From the NCBI GenBank assembly GCA_965649825.1, contig OZ287696.1:1942081-2006080 (forward strand): DNA of 64,000 nt, in the 5' to 3' direction. The notes below the pieces were generated by a model. That model saw nothing but the letters and a program-made list of their open reading frames with translations, was not told where the DNA came from and did no database searches. Position 1 is the stretch's first letter; the number at the start of each line of letters is the position of its first letter. The position numbers were made by a program, and so were the translations under genes. Shown piece after piece: positions 48,992-62,889 of the stretch. The stretch comes from Penicillus capitatus (lineage: Eukaryota; Plantae; Chlorophyta).

Positions 48992-50311
48992 GTCGCCGCT
49001 AAGCACGCGGCAATTATTTGGAGCGTTTTGTTTTAATGATTTTGGCAGCCGGGCGATGACGCAGCCCATGACGCCATTGAAGATCGGCCTCTATATCTTC
49101 CGGGTTCTGTGATGGCGTTAGATTTCTCGGAAATGCGTTACAGAAAACGATGGCCGCACGTGGCAATAGCGATGAATGACGTCTGCTGGTGATATCTCGA
49201 CGGAATACATCGATTCCTGACGGTTGAGCACATGAACTGAAGTACAGTGAAGCAGTGCCGCATTCGTCTTTTCAACGTGAACGATGTATTTCCACAAGGC
49301 CTTAAGAAGAACGATGCGTACAGAAGATCAATGACATCCTATTAATGCGTGTATTTTTGTCACGGACTTCTGTTCTCGAGCAGGAGAATCAAGAACGATA
49401 GAGATGTTCTGACTGTTGTCGGTCACCTGATCACGGCATTCCTCATAGATTGCATCTTCGATTAACTCTCAGGCAGATCTGGAGACATTCCCGTCGAGCT
49501 GTGCAGCAGAGCGCCTTCGGCCAGGTCTGCAACGGGAGAATTATGGGCTTCTACTGTTGCCTCGGTCTTGGCTGATCTCTTAAGCTTTTGTATCCGTGCT
49601 CGCGAAGGTTTATTCAGCGGCAGACGATGAAGTTTTCGCTGTACATGAACTTAGCCGTCGTAAGCAATGCCTCCGGGAACGCATTCAGGCTCCGTTGACA
49701 TTGCACGCGAGCACATTGAATCTCTCTTCTCTATATCGACTTTCGCAAAGGAGGTTATCCTAATGGAAGGAGATGGTGCAGGAGGTGAGAGGTTTGTCGA
49801 TGACATTATTGACCTTCAAAAGCGGCTCTCCACACGCCGAAGGAATTGAAATGACGTTCCCGTGTCTTCAGACAGCTGTCATCAGGCAAGACTGAACAGA
49901 TCGAGGCATCCCATTCCGGCACGTGTTCTACTTCCCTTCTTTGACGGTATTCGTATCTAAAGCAGGTTTGTCTGTATGGCCGTAGCATATCCGATAATAT
50001 TTTCATTTTGGATCTCTCACCGACACAGCGCACGGTCGTCATTGTATCTTCTGTTTGTAGGCGACCCCATTCACCGAGAACAGCATCTTTTAGCCGCGGG
50101 AAGATCGGCATGGAGGAGTCATGACCATGACGGGCGCCTGTCTCGATATCGAATCATCCTCCTTCTCTTCTTCTTCGGTGACTCGGCACCGACGGTATGG
50201 ACTTGCATACGATGCAGAGACGATAAGGCGTCTGCCGTACAAACCGTCTCTAGGTGGCGTTCGACGAAGTGTCGTATCCCACGAGGAGCACATTTTGCAT
50301 GCGATCGCGTG

Positions 50312-51555
<1,244 letters not shown>

Positions 51556-53111
51556 GCAGCATCCGTCGGCCTCATCCGTCACTATACGCTTCGTCTGCGA
51601 AACAAACGCGTTTCGTTGGTTGGAGAGCGGAGGCCATAGGGGTAGTGGATGTGGCGGAAGGGGAGGATGGCAAAGAAGGCCGGAAAAGGCTTTGCAGAGA
51701 TTTGCCAGCACGATCGATGAGACTTCAAAAATGTGTGGCCAAGAAAGGTCGCTCTTTGCAGGCAAGGTGTCTGTCTTGCTGGACGTCCATGACCAGTGCC
51801 TGCGATCATTCCTCGTTTTCGGACGTGTTAAGACGTCGCGGAGTCGGAGACGATGAGAGAGAATGGAAGACTGGGTGGAAGGAGCATCGATCGAATGCTT
51901 CGCCGACCGAAGCGACGGGAGAGAGGTCTCCGTGAAGAGCGTCTTCAGGTCGCTACGAAATCGACAGGCGCCCACGACGAGAGAGACCCGATGCAGGACG
52001 TGGCCGAATGACAGATGGTAGTCTGGCAGAGTTGGCAAACAGAAAAAGACTCGCCGTTGCGAAGCATGAAAAGGACGCCGGTGACGATAAGGAGACCAGA
52101 CGTAGAGAAAACGTTGTCTGAAAGGGCACCGTGTATCTTGTGTCTTCTGGGAAACCGTTGGCCGCATCGAAACTGAGGCAGAGATAGCAGGAGTACATAA
52201 GCGAGCTGTCACGACCTGTCAAAGGAACAAAGCCACGTGTGCTGATTCTTTCGACCCCGCGTCGAGTACGAGGCACCTGAAAGAGGCAGCCAATCACGAG
52301 TGTCGCTGTCATGTGGTCTTGGTTGGGCAAGAGGCAGGATATTGGCACGTGCGGACAAATCTAGCTGACGTCAGCTCGGACAATGTCCATGAAAGGGCCT
52401 TACTGAGCGACCAGGGCTTCTCTTGCCAGGTAGCAGAATATTTGGAGACACCTCCACAACCGCCGACAAACAATCTTCCGTCACGAGCTGCATCATTTGT
52501 GTGTGTTTGTGCGTGCAGCCTTAGCGGCATTCAGCCGAGGTTAAAGAAGGTTCGCACTTGGTCGGTTATAAGTTGTATTCACCTTCCGTGGGACTTTCTT
52601 GTTTCTTTCGCTTTTTTGGGAACGACGCAGACCTTTCAGTTTTTGTTTGAGAGGCAAGTCTGTGGAATAGGGCAACATGGAACAAAAAACTTCGCTTTCC
52701 TTGATATCCGAACTCGATATCTCTAATGCGGTGAGCGTCTCGCAGACGCATGCAAGAAATTCGGACCTCGTACCCGACGCGAACTACCTCGGAGCTGCGC
52801 AGTCGACGGTTTCAGAAGACGTTGGAGCCATTAAACTGCAATTTAGAAGAGTCTATAAAAATTTACGAACGCTGGTTCAGGACCTGCTTACACGCGAGCG
52901 CCGTCGGTGAGTTACAAGCCATGACGCGACGTCGTCTCTTCACCCAACAAATATTCCTCCCCTATTCAATTTCTGTCGATTTTGTTCACCCATTTGAAGA
53001 AAACCATTGTTCGCGATTCTATCCCTCTCTTTTGCTATTTCGACGCAGCGCAGTGTGCAGTGTTTTCTATCTTGATGTCTTCTACCAAAACAAAAGCTGG
53101 CTGTGGTAAAA

Positions 53112-54120
53112 TGGCCGAGGCGGGAAATGCCGAGTCTTGCACTTCCCTATCACCGCGTTCACTCGCGTTTTGGTTGTTTCCCCTTTTCTGGTAGAGAGAC
53201 ACAAAATCCAACAGCATTTCACATGAAAGAGTGAGCTGGATAGTGATGGTTGTGTTTTGATGTGGCAGGTATGGACCAACTGGTCGACGGAGGCAGACGG
53301 AAGTTGATAGTGCGTCGGTATTGCGCCAGGGAACAAACACACGACACGCAACTTTTGTAGAACAGAAGGACGACCAGCGGAATGGTCAAAACGACAGTCG
53401 AGAGAATTCAAGGAACGGTGCTGATGATGCCAATAAGACCGCCCTTGATACACTGAGTACAATTTTGAGCAGCAGCTGTACCTACGACGATGGAGACTGG
53501 GACCCATTCGTCAACACCATGGGCGCGCCCCTTGATGATACAGCTGCCTGTATACGACCAGGATTGTACATCAGTGGCTTCTTCGCCGAACAGAACAGAG
53601 CTGACCTTGAGTGCAAGGGTATAACTCACATCCTCCAGGTATGGCAAACACAGTGTGTGTGGCTTCGTGCATGACGTGGTGGATGTTGATGTGACAGGTG
53701 GGTGAGAATCTGTCTCGATCGTTCGAGGAGGATTTTGAGTACAAGACATTGGCAATAATGGATACGGATTCCGAAAATGTTCTGATGCATTTCAGAGAGA
53801 GCTTACTGTTCTTGGATGACTGCATTTCGCATGGTGGTGCTGCTCTCGTTCATTGCTACGCTGGAATTTCCCGTTCTGCAACCATCTGCATTGCGTACTT
53901 GATGTGGAACCAGAATCTCTCACTTGGAGCTGCTTACAGTTTAGTGGAAGGTGCTCGGCGTGTTGCTCAGCCAAATGATGGTTTCAAAGGCCAGTTACAA
54001 ATCTTTGAAAACTTGGGCTCTGATCTTGGCAACTTGGATCAATACCTCGCTGCACAAACCCACATGCATCGGTCTCGTACTAGAGAGTTGAGCTCGGACG
54101 ACTTTGATTCGATATTCTAA
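53112..54120 (+). CDS. Dual-specificity protein phosphatase
   Basis: IRPGLYISG…GITHILQ|VG…LVHCYAGISRSATICIAYLM…AQPNDGFKGQLQIFE (HCX5R). 5' exon uncertain. Confidence 0.9.
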
Positions 54121-54532
54121 TCTAATCCTGTGTTGATTGCTTGCGTTCTGTGATTCATGAGCAGTCGGGTCAGCATGGATGATGGCATAATGTCTGGCAT
54201 CGATGCTGTTATGGGCTGACTGAATGTCAAGGAAGCAATACTCTCATGATCAAACAAGTATGCCAATAGACACCGAGACGTGATTCTTTCCATTGTTCAC
54301 AGTCACCAAGAAGAGATACCGGCACAAAGGGCGCACACAATCCTACAACGATTTTTGGTTATCCAGCAATTTTATTGAGCATCCGACGGCATAGGGCAAC
54401 ATGCGACTGGCAAAACGGGTGTCTTTTATCTCTCTTTCCATTGAGTCTTTGTCGACCCTGTCCGAACCATCGAAACAGATTTCATAGGCGAGATCCTTTA
54501 GTCATGTCCATCTATCGAACCAGCCGGCCGGC

Positions 54533-54560
54533 CAGTCAGTCAGTCAATCAGTCAGTCAGT
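54533..54560. repeat. (CAGT)n microsatellite
   Basis: About 7 units, one imperfect. Confidence 0.8.
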
Positions 54561-55144
54561 TAGCCATGAATCGAATAATGATCGCAATGAGTTCATTTCT
54601 AAGTATGTGGCGGAAGAGTTGGCGGTGGGAAGAGGGAATTCTGTTGGGATGATTGATAGTTAGGATTGATGAAGTCGTTCTTTGGAGCAAAGCACTTACA
54701 ACTCTCTGTTTGTTTACTACTGTTCTTGATCTGGATGTTATTCCCTTTAACGATCAATGTACACACACAACCACAGCCGATCAGAAATAATGGTGTGTGT
54801 GGCCTGGTTTGATTTTCTGTTTAAGGCGGTGTGTCCATGACTCAGCTCTCAGGTCCTACCTACTATTCCAGTGTGAGAACCCTCTGCTGTCATGTATTTC
54901 CTGCCTTCCTGCCTGCCTGCACAAACATCGATTGATGTCACCAGTGTTTTATTCTCATCACATTTTCAAGAATTGGGTGGAACGATCTCGAGGGGGCGAG
55001 TAGGGAAAGTGGGATCTGTTAAGTTAACAACAACAACATGCAGCAACATATAGTGTACTACTGCCGCTACACGACGAAATGCATTGCGTTGTTGTGACTT
55101 ATGTTCTCATGACCTAGGACGAGGATAAAAAGAACGCTATTTGC

Positions 55145-55178
55145 GTTGTTGTTGCTGTTGTCGTTGTCGTTGTTGTTG
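55145..55178. repeat. Imperfect (GTT)n microsatellite
   Basis: gttgttgttgctgttgtcgttgtcgttgttgttg. Confidence 0.75.
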
Positions 55179-55902
55179 GACCCCATCAGGCATCTTTTAT
55201 TTGTTACGTGCATCATCACTTGCTGTATTTAGGTGTTGGTTGGATAGAGAATCTGACTGTCTCGTCACTGTATATATAAGTGAAGAAGCATCATCGACGG
55301 CACTAAGATCACCAGGACCACTCTTGCTACACCATCCACCACCGCACTCACCAAATGCGCGTAGAACTGCAAACATTTAAAATCGAACAGCAACAACGAC
55401 GGTCAATAATCATTTGATGATGTGTGCATTCGGCGTTCGGGTGCGGTTGGATGACGGCCGTCGGCGGTCGAGGTCGTCGTGAGCGGCAGCAGTGTCACAT
55501 CGAGAAAAGCGTACAGGTGTGCGTTCGCTTCTCATCGTTTGTACGGCATGACTCAACGCGTCATCTTGCTCGTTTTGAATCCGTAATAATCCTTCAACCC
55601 TTTTTGTCGTTGACGTCAGAAAGCGACGGCGCCATCGAATCGCATACAAGACACGGGACTTATCGAAAAAGACGTCTGACTGTGGTGCGCAACCTCGTTC
55701 GAGGTAAAACGACGAACGCGTTGCTTCCTGCGCCAAGCGGCCTCTTCACGTCGCACGTCGGTTTGTTCGTGCAAGAGTGCGACGTTCAGGGCACGCTCAG
55801 AAATTTCTGACATACCTGCTCGGCACGCACATCGACGCGACAGGCGGCGAGGACGGACCGTACAGCTACTGCATTGCTGACGCTGCCTGTCTGCCTGCAT
55901 AG

Positions 55903-58340
55903 ATGGAACCTCAGAAGAAGGAAGACGTCGGAGAACGCCGCATGTTGCTGCCTGAGCTCTCTTCTGCCGTCGGCTCGTTGCATAACTTCTCTCCGATCTC
56001 TTTCGAGGTCCTCTCGAGCAGCCACGAACGTCACCCCGGCGCGATAAGCGAAGAGAAACAACCACAGCTGCCAACGGTTTCCCGCGGCGAAGCTACAAAA
56101 GACGTCGGGGCATTCTTGGCACCAGACGCCATTGCTGCGCTCAAGGCCGTTCTGTCTGGAAGGGGACACTACGATACGCCGACGTTGACGCCGACACCAA
56201 CGCCAACGCCTCCGCGAACAGAAGTTGCGCTGCCGACGCAGTTACGAGCCGATACTCGTGTACCAGTCCTCAAAACGAGCGCAGGATCTTTCATCGTCAC
56301 GCCGACGCCACCCGTTTCGCTCAGCTTCCCGACGCAGCGGCCTTTCCCTCAACGACCTCTGGCAAATCCGACACCTTCTGGCGTCGGACTCCCTTCCGAA
56401 CACATTCTCTTCGCCACACCGGATCGACGGATCAAAGTCCAAAACAATCCGACACGACCAACACCGTCTCCACCTCCAGTCAAGAGCACAGTCGGGACAT
56501 ACCTCGTTCAAGCCCCTGGAGGGCAATACTGTATCATGAGTGGCGCTGAGGCACCGCGTTCGGCAGAGGGACGCATGTTGCCCATCGATTTGAAGCCACA
56601 CGCTGTCTCGTTGACGCAGCCGAATGCCGCAGTGGAAAGCAAAACAATGACACCACCGCCGAATCTGGTCCCTTCTCATCCGACGATGTTTCTGAAGCCG
56701 ATGAAGACGACTGTCTCATTGGCACCCAAACTTCAATCACCTCCCAATACTAGATTGTCTCAGCCGCCACAGCTTTCGCAGAAATTGCTGGAGCGGCCGG
56801 GGAATACACGACTGTCAACAGAACCAATGCTTTCCTCCGAGAGTTTTGCAGCTCAGGCGGAAAACCTCAAGAATTTGTTTTTGAGTGGAGGAAACCACCT
56901 CCCTGTGACCCCTCTTGAAAAAATGAGCTTCACGTCGCTACCGTCTTCGGAATTCACAGCAGAGCGATCGGATGTTAGTCATAAGAGAAGAAAGACATCA
57001 ACACCTGCTTCCTTAGACAACATCCCATATCCTCTCTCTGCTGCGCAGCAGGCTGGACTGGAGCTCCTACTACAAGCTGTCAAGACGATGGGAGATCCGC
57101 TTCCGCTCGACACAGATTTGCACAACCGACGGTAAAGCGCATTGTCCGATACCCCTCTTAATCACGAGCTTCTTTCAGGGCGTTGAGGAATCGAAGATCT
57201 TTTGATGATCGTCCATATTCCTCACGTTTATCAAACTGTTTGGATCGAACACTTCATCAAGGACTGGGGGTGCTCGATACCTTTACTGGCGTCTATCCAC
57301 TTATGGATGGAACGTTTGTGGCACGTTGCCGTTATAAAGGATGTTATGTATTGATCGGCAGTTTCCAAACGGCAGAGGATGCAGCAAGAGCTTACGACCG
57401 AGTTGTCCTCAGTAATCGCGGTCGGAAAGCACGAACCAACTATCCATACTCAGAATATCTCAATTTTGAATTACAGAATGCAAAGAGAGCATTTGAGGCC
57501 AAGTACAAGCAATGTGAAAGGACAAGACGTGGCTCCGCATGGCCGTGGGCACGAGCAGCACAGACGCTTCTTGCAAATCCCGAAGAAGGAAGCGAGGAGA
57601 GGAGGGTACCAGAGCTGGGGCAGACGGTCGGTCCGTTGCGGGAAGCTGTCCCCGGTGCCTCCGTTTTTGAACTTTTGCAAAATGTCATGCTGAAGAAGAA
57701 AGACTTGAACGGGACATTTGACTTGATCCAAACCAAAATTCGACAACTTCAAGCGCGTATCCAATCGGGACTGTCGACGGAGGAGGAGTGTGACTGTGTG
57801 GGACAGTACGCATGTGTTGCGAGTATTCTGGGCAATCTGGTGTCGATGCAGAACGAATGGGAACGGAAACATGATGAGGGCCGTGGTGGGTCAAGAGGAG
57901 ACCGTCTGGATGGAGAACGTTCCCACCTGCTGTTGTCAGACCAAGGAACTTCTGAATCAAAGCAGGTTACATCATCTCTTGCAGAGGGTCTTCTTCGCTA
58001 CGGGGGATCTGTTTCTGAAGGCGGCGACCAGCCATATTCCGAATTGAGTTCCTCCCATTGTGCCGTTTCAAGAGAGCCTGGTTTACAGGGAGACGGACAG
58101 CAGTCCAACTGCGATGATGATACGCCTCAAAATCTAAACGCATACGGTCTCTATGCTGAGAGTATTCGTTGGGTAAGACTGTTAGCTTCATCTCTCTGGC
58201 CTCGCAAACGTGGAGGAGGGATGTTGTGGAAAGCATACCAGCCATTATTTAAGAGTAACCATCATCGTCATTCGATCTTAGAACTGCGTGAAAAACTGTA
58301 CGTTAAGTCAGATTGTTTGGAGGATGATTTTCATCCATGA
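55903..58340 (+). CDS. AP2/ERF-domain transcription factor with long Pro/Thr/Ser-rich N-terminus
   Basis: FTGVYPLMDGTFVARCRYKGCYVLIGSFQTAEDAARAYDRVVLSNRGRKARTNYP; two long ORFs joined by one GT-AG intron (~57132-57178). Confidence 0.8.
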
Positions 58341-59081
58341 AGAAGGACAGTCATTCTTTGTCGTTTCTCTCAGAGGACGGATTCTGTAATATGATGAGAC
58401 CCCCAGCCCGTGGATGATGTGACGTTTCTGTTTTCGCATGCATTTTTATTCTACGGTCATTCATTCTGTCTTTGTTGTCTGGTCTGGCGCTCATCGAGTC
58501 TCGAAAAGGAGAAACGCGCGGGGACGTGTGACGACTACTCACATATGTTTGTTGTGTTGTGGGCAGATTGAATGGTGGTCTCCCTCTACAGATCGATCCC
58601 GTTCACATAGCTGGAGACTCGCCTCATTGTCTTTGCTCCTCGGATGATGCAATACGAGCACGAAAAGACAGAACTGGCGACTCGACTTGAAAAGAAAAGA
58701 ACTATGTGCGTCTGATCTAACTCATTGGAATAAAATAGAGACTGGCTGTAATGGGAAGGAGTGTGGGGTCACGAGGAGAAGGCTGAACGAAACACTAGTT
58801 TAGAAGGGCTACAGGGAAAACGGGTGGCTTTTATCACAAGCTCTTATGACTATACCAAGTATCCGACCGACAACAGAAAACAGATAAAGGATATCCCCCC
58901 ATAAATGAATGAAAACAATCTTAACAGACATAGAGGAGAAAAATCCATGCTAATGAAAAAAAGCAGGAAGAGACATGACACATTGCTTGGCATCATGGTC
59001 GTCTCGGCTGGTGTCGGCTAACAAGGAATGCTGACACCGAGAGGAGAATCATAGTCTGTCATCTTGTCTACAGGGATTTTC

Positions 59082-60015
59082 TTAACGATCATCCAGTCTT
59101 TCATGGCATTTCAAATCAGGCTCTGCTGCTGTGTGTCGAGCAGGAGTCTCTTCAAAAGTGACGACATCGTCTGGCAGGAGGATGGCGGAGGATTGCGGCG
59201 TCACGACGACAATGCTGTCTGAGAAAGCATCATACTGACTGAGGTACTGACGCACTTGTCGAAGAGAGCGTGCAAAGCTGTCGAAGCTTCCGGACGCCGC
59301 GTCTGCCGCGGGTCTCGTAACTGGATGGTGTTGGGGTATGACAGATGACGGAGCCGGCGAGGAAGGTGGAATGGGCGTTGACGAAGGTTGCGTTGCTAAA
59401 TCCGTGTCCATGGCGCCGGCGACAGGTTCGGCTTCAGATCTGCCGATGGCTGCTTCATTATTCAACAGGCCTTGCAGCCATAGAGCCTCAAGTGGTCGCA
59501 CGTGGCCCTGATGTGGCGCCATGCGTTCAAGCCTCGCTTTAACCGTTCTGGGATCGCCGTATTCTTCCTACAAGAAACAACGGTCGACGAAAGAAGAGAA
59601 GTACAACCTTTACCAATGACGTGGCGGTTTGGTATAGTTCGAACTCGAGCCGAGGCACGAGGGCGCCCAGGGTTTCGTCAAGAACTTCTGGCTCACACGG
59701 TAGGTGAATCTCTTGGAACGATTCCTGTCTGTACACAAAACGAGGCATAAACAACGCGTAAGAAGGTAGTTTGCTTACATTTTGCGCACAATCATGAGGC
59801 GTATTGGTATGTCGCCGACAGTGGACCTCCAAGACGCATCGCTCATCGTTGTCCCCTCTTGGTAACTGTGAAGGTACAACGACCGTCACTGGAGTGAACA
59901 TTCGAAGGAATACATGAATGAGTACCCACCCGTACAAGAATCGTGTCACGATTGCTTTCGAATTGGTGAGGCACAGATGACACGACGGAGGACGGCAAGA
60001 CGAAGACTTGTTCAT
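59082..60015 (-). CDS. Hypothetical spliced protein
   Basis: Frames joined by two typical GT-AG introns (…CAQN|ESFQ…TSLVK|EEYGDPRTVKARLERMAPH…). Start unresolved; no family recognised. Confidence 0.4.
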
Positions 60016-60495
60016 TGAGACTTCTTGAAAGTACTACTATGGCAAAATTCACGTAAAGCGGGCGATTTTCTGTTCAAATTCTAGCGCCGTCTTCTTGTAG
60101 GCGCAGACAGGGGCGCTGGCGGACCCGCGATCGCGGCTTCTATTAAGGGGTGCCCGAGATCTTCTGCGTCCAAACCTGCAGTGGACGTCAGGTGCAGCTT
60201 CGCCGTCGTCATCAACCGTCGACGCTGAAGTCCAAGAGAAAACACGACTCCCATTTTTCGAATGGCAGGAATATCGAGCGTCGTCTCCTAACCGACGTCT
60301 TGGGGTCGACAAATCGAATGCTGTAAACGTGCTTGCATCTTTCCCGATTTTGCCGCATTGTCTTCTCCGTTCGTCTTTCCGGCCAGAGAACAGTTCTTTC
60401 TTTCTTTGCGCTTGACTTCCCGCTTAGCAGCTGCGTTTTGAGAAGTTTTGTAGAATCTTCAGTTCATCGTTAAGTATAACGAGCCAGGTGACAAG

Positions 60496-61539
60496 ATGTT
60501 CCCTGATGATTTTGCTTACACCTCTGGTGGGAACGCAAACGCCGTTCCAAAGTGTTCCAGTCCAGAACTCGATTCAGACAGTCTCAGCGCGCGGGAAACT
60601 CCTGACGGCGGCGACCAAGTCGATTTTCGCCTCGTGAAGTACGTCAAGTGGAATGTTCCATCGGCAGACGCCGCGGTCACTGAAATTGAAGGACAACTTC
60701 CTATTCGCAGAGCCGTGGCCCGTGAGATTCTGCCAGACAACGAAACCATGCGTCTGAAAAAATCGATGGGGCCATCTCACAAGAGGCGCCACAGTCGAAA
60801 GGCAAGCTTCGAAATCGGAAGCGCCGTTGACGAAGCGCCCATCCCGACGTCTGATTCTGAGTTGGACGAAAAAACAAAGGCTCAAGCATCATCTAGATGC
60901 AGCACATTTTCTGTTGAGACATCTTCAGAGAAACCTGATACTGAGCACCTTGTCTTATCAGAGTTATATCGTGAATCCTACCTCGACGAATTGGACGACA
61001 CTTCCAGTATCGATCAAGAGAGAGGGCGGATACCCTATGAAAGACAGACCATGCGTCACGGCGCAGGAGATCAGGCGCCACTAATGGCACGCCACAAGAT
61101 TTCTGACATTACGGAAGCTGTTCATGCACGCTCTGCTCGGTCTTCTACCGATGTCACTGCCCTGAAGATTCTGAGCAGAGGAGGATTGAACGGTCGAACC
61201 GGAGCATACAACGATCCCAAGGCGTTCGGTGACGGCAGAGGATTTACTGTGAGCCCACTGCCAAGCGCCAGTCAACTCAGGGCGGCTAGAGCTGCACGCC
61301 ATTCATCCGATTCAGATTCCGAGACGGTGGACTCCATTAGCATGTTCGAGTCAGGATACTCAGACATGATTCCCATCGGCCAGTCAGGCCTCGTCGTAGA
61401 CTGCTGGGCCAGAGACGCTGCTGAGAATCCATGCTCGACGTGCGAGGAGATAGAACCCCGGTTTAAGTGGTTGAGAAGATCTGTTGCACCGTTCACGGCC
61501 ATTGCTGGTGCTTTCTTGGTCAGTCTAGCCAGCATGTAA
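60496..61539 (+). CDS. Intronless Ser-rich disordered protein with C-terminal hydrophobic tail
   Basis: 347-aa ATG-initiated ORF ending RRSVAPFTAIAGAFLVSLASM*; TGTAA overlaps the stop codon. Confidence 0.6.
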   Translation: MFPDDFAYTSGGNANAVPKCSSPELDSDSLSARETPDGGDQVDFRLVKYVKWNVPSADAAVTEIEGQLPIRRAVAREILPDNETMRLKKSMGPSHKRRHSRKASFEIGSAVDEAPIPTSDSELDEKTKAQASSRCSTFSVETSSEKPDTEHLVLSELYRESYLDELDDTSSIDQERGRIPYERQTMRHGAGDQAPLMARHKISDITEAVHARSARSSTDVTALKILSRGGLNGRTGAYNDPKAFGDGRGFTVSPLPSASQLRAARAARHSSDSDSETVDSISMFESGYSDMIPIGQSGLVVDCWARDAAENPCSTCEEIEPRFKWLRRSVAPFTAIAGAFLVSLASM

Positions 61540-61662
61540 TCACAACTCTAGTGCATGTGTCAGTCAATCCGTCAGTCGTATCCTATTATGTTTGGTCATA
61601 CCTACATGCTGTCTCCTCCATATGAATCTTTTTGACCTTAGCAGTGCAATCTGTCTGATTAC

Positions 61663-61721
61663 AGCTGAGCTGAGCTGATCAGAAGCGAGTTAAGCTAAGC
61701 TGAACTAAGCTAAGCTAAGCT
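61663..61721. repeat. (AGCTR)n pentamer tandem repeat
   Basis: agctgagctgagctg…aagctaagctgaactaagctaagctaagct. Confidence 0.75.
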
Positions 61722-62226
61722 CATCTACTATGAGCACTTTTTGTTCTTTATTCTTCATTTCTCTGCGTCGGCTGATCTCCTGTGTGTTTTTTGGCTAGGT
61801 CATCTACGGTCCCCGAGTCTTGAAATATCGCCGTGGGCAGAATTAGTCAAGTGCCCATCTCCTAGACTTGCCGCGACACATTCTTTCATGAATGGAGCTG
61901 CAAACGAACGAACATGGGAAACTCCGCCGCCTCTCTTCTACTACAATCTGCAACTTCACAAGCATTCGAGGAAGTACATCAACAATCTAACACGTAGCAT
62001 TCTTGCTTCCTCGTAGATCTTTTCTATGAACAGTGCATCATCATCTAAAAGAACATTTGGGTACGTTGTGGGTATGTTACGTGTCATTGCTGTGTGTGGG
62101 CATCGGGTCATGAAACCATTCCATTGAGTGAGCAGAAACGCATTTGATCAAATCCTATCACTCCCTTGGGCTGGTCGAATTTTCGAAATACCACAAGCTG
62201 TTGTTCTTTAGACACCTTTGTTCTTT

Positions 62227-62243
62227 GTTGTTGTTGTTGTTGT
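62227..62243. repeat. (GTT)n microsatellite
   Basis: gttgttgttgttgttgt. Confidence 0.7.
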
Positions 62244-62889
62244 CTTTGTTAAGCCCGACTGGCATTTCATTCATCGGTTTATTCTTATGAGATCTCAAGT
62301 GCGTTTAGTGGGAACGGCATCACAGAATGAGCGAACAGCACACTCTGGAACATCCTTTGATGTATTTCGAATGACCCCTCTCACTGTCCTGACTTTAAGA
62401 GATGGACCACCTCATGCCTTCCTACTCCCTGTTACTATTGTTTCTCTAGACTATTTTTTGCGTAGCGGTGGGCATTGACACAGAAACGGTTGGCAGGCAT
62501 GGTGCACAGATGGCACGTTTTTAGCACCGTTGGTAGGTTAACCGTTTTTGACCGTCAGACGAGCTGCTGACCCAGGTTGGATTCAAACGAGGGGCAATCT
62601 GTCGCGGTCGATGAAAGTTGAGATCGATTAGAAGCCACCATGAAAATCAATGACAAGGGTATTTGCTTTGTGTAAGGAAAGTGGAATTTTGAATCCCTGC
62701 TGTACATCTAGCATCCAATAATGCCAATCGTCATGCTCACAAAGTGTAGGGGGATAAACATGCTCGTGAATAAAAATGGGACAATCCGCCGCGAATTGGA
62801 TACAGACCGTTTCGGCGAGGAAGTGAATCAGTGGATAACACAGGGTTTGTCATACGCAACCGTAGAGAGTGTAAGCTCTGGCTGTTACT

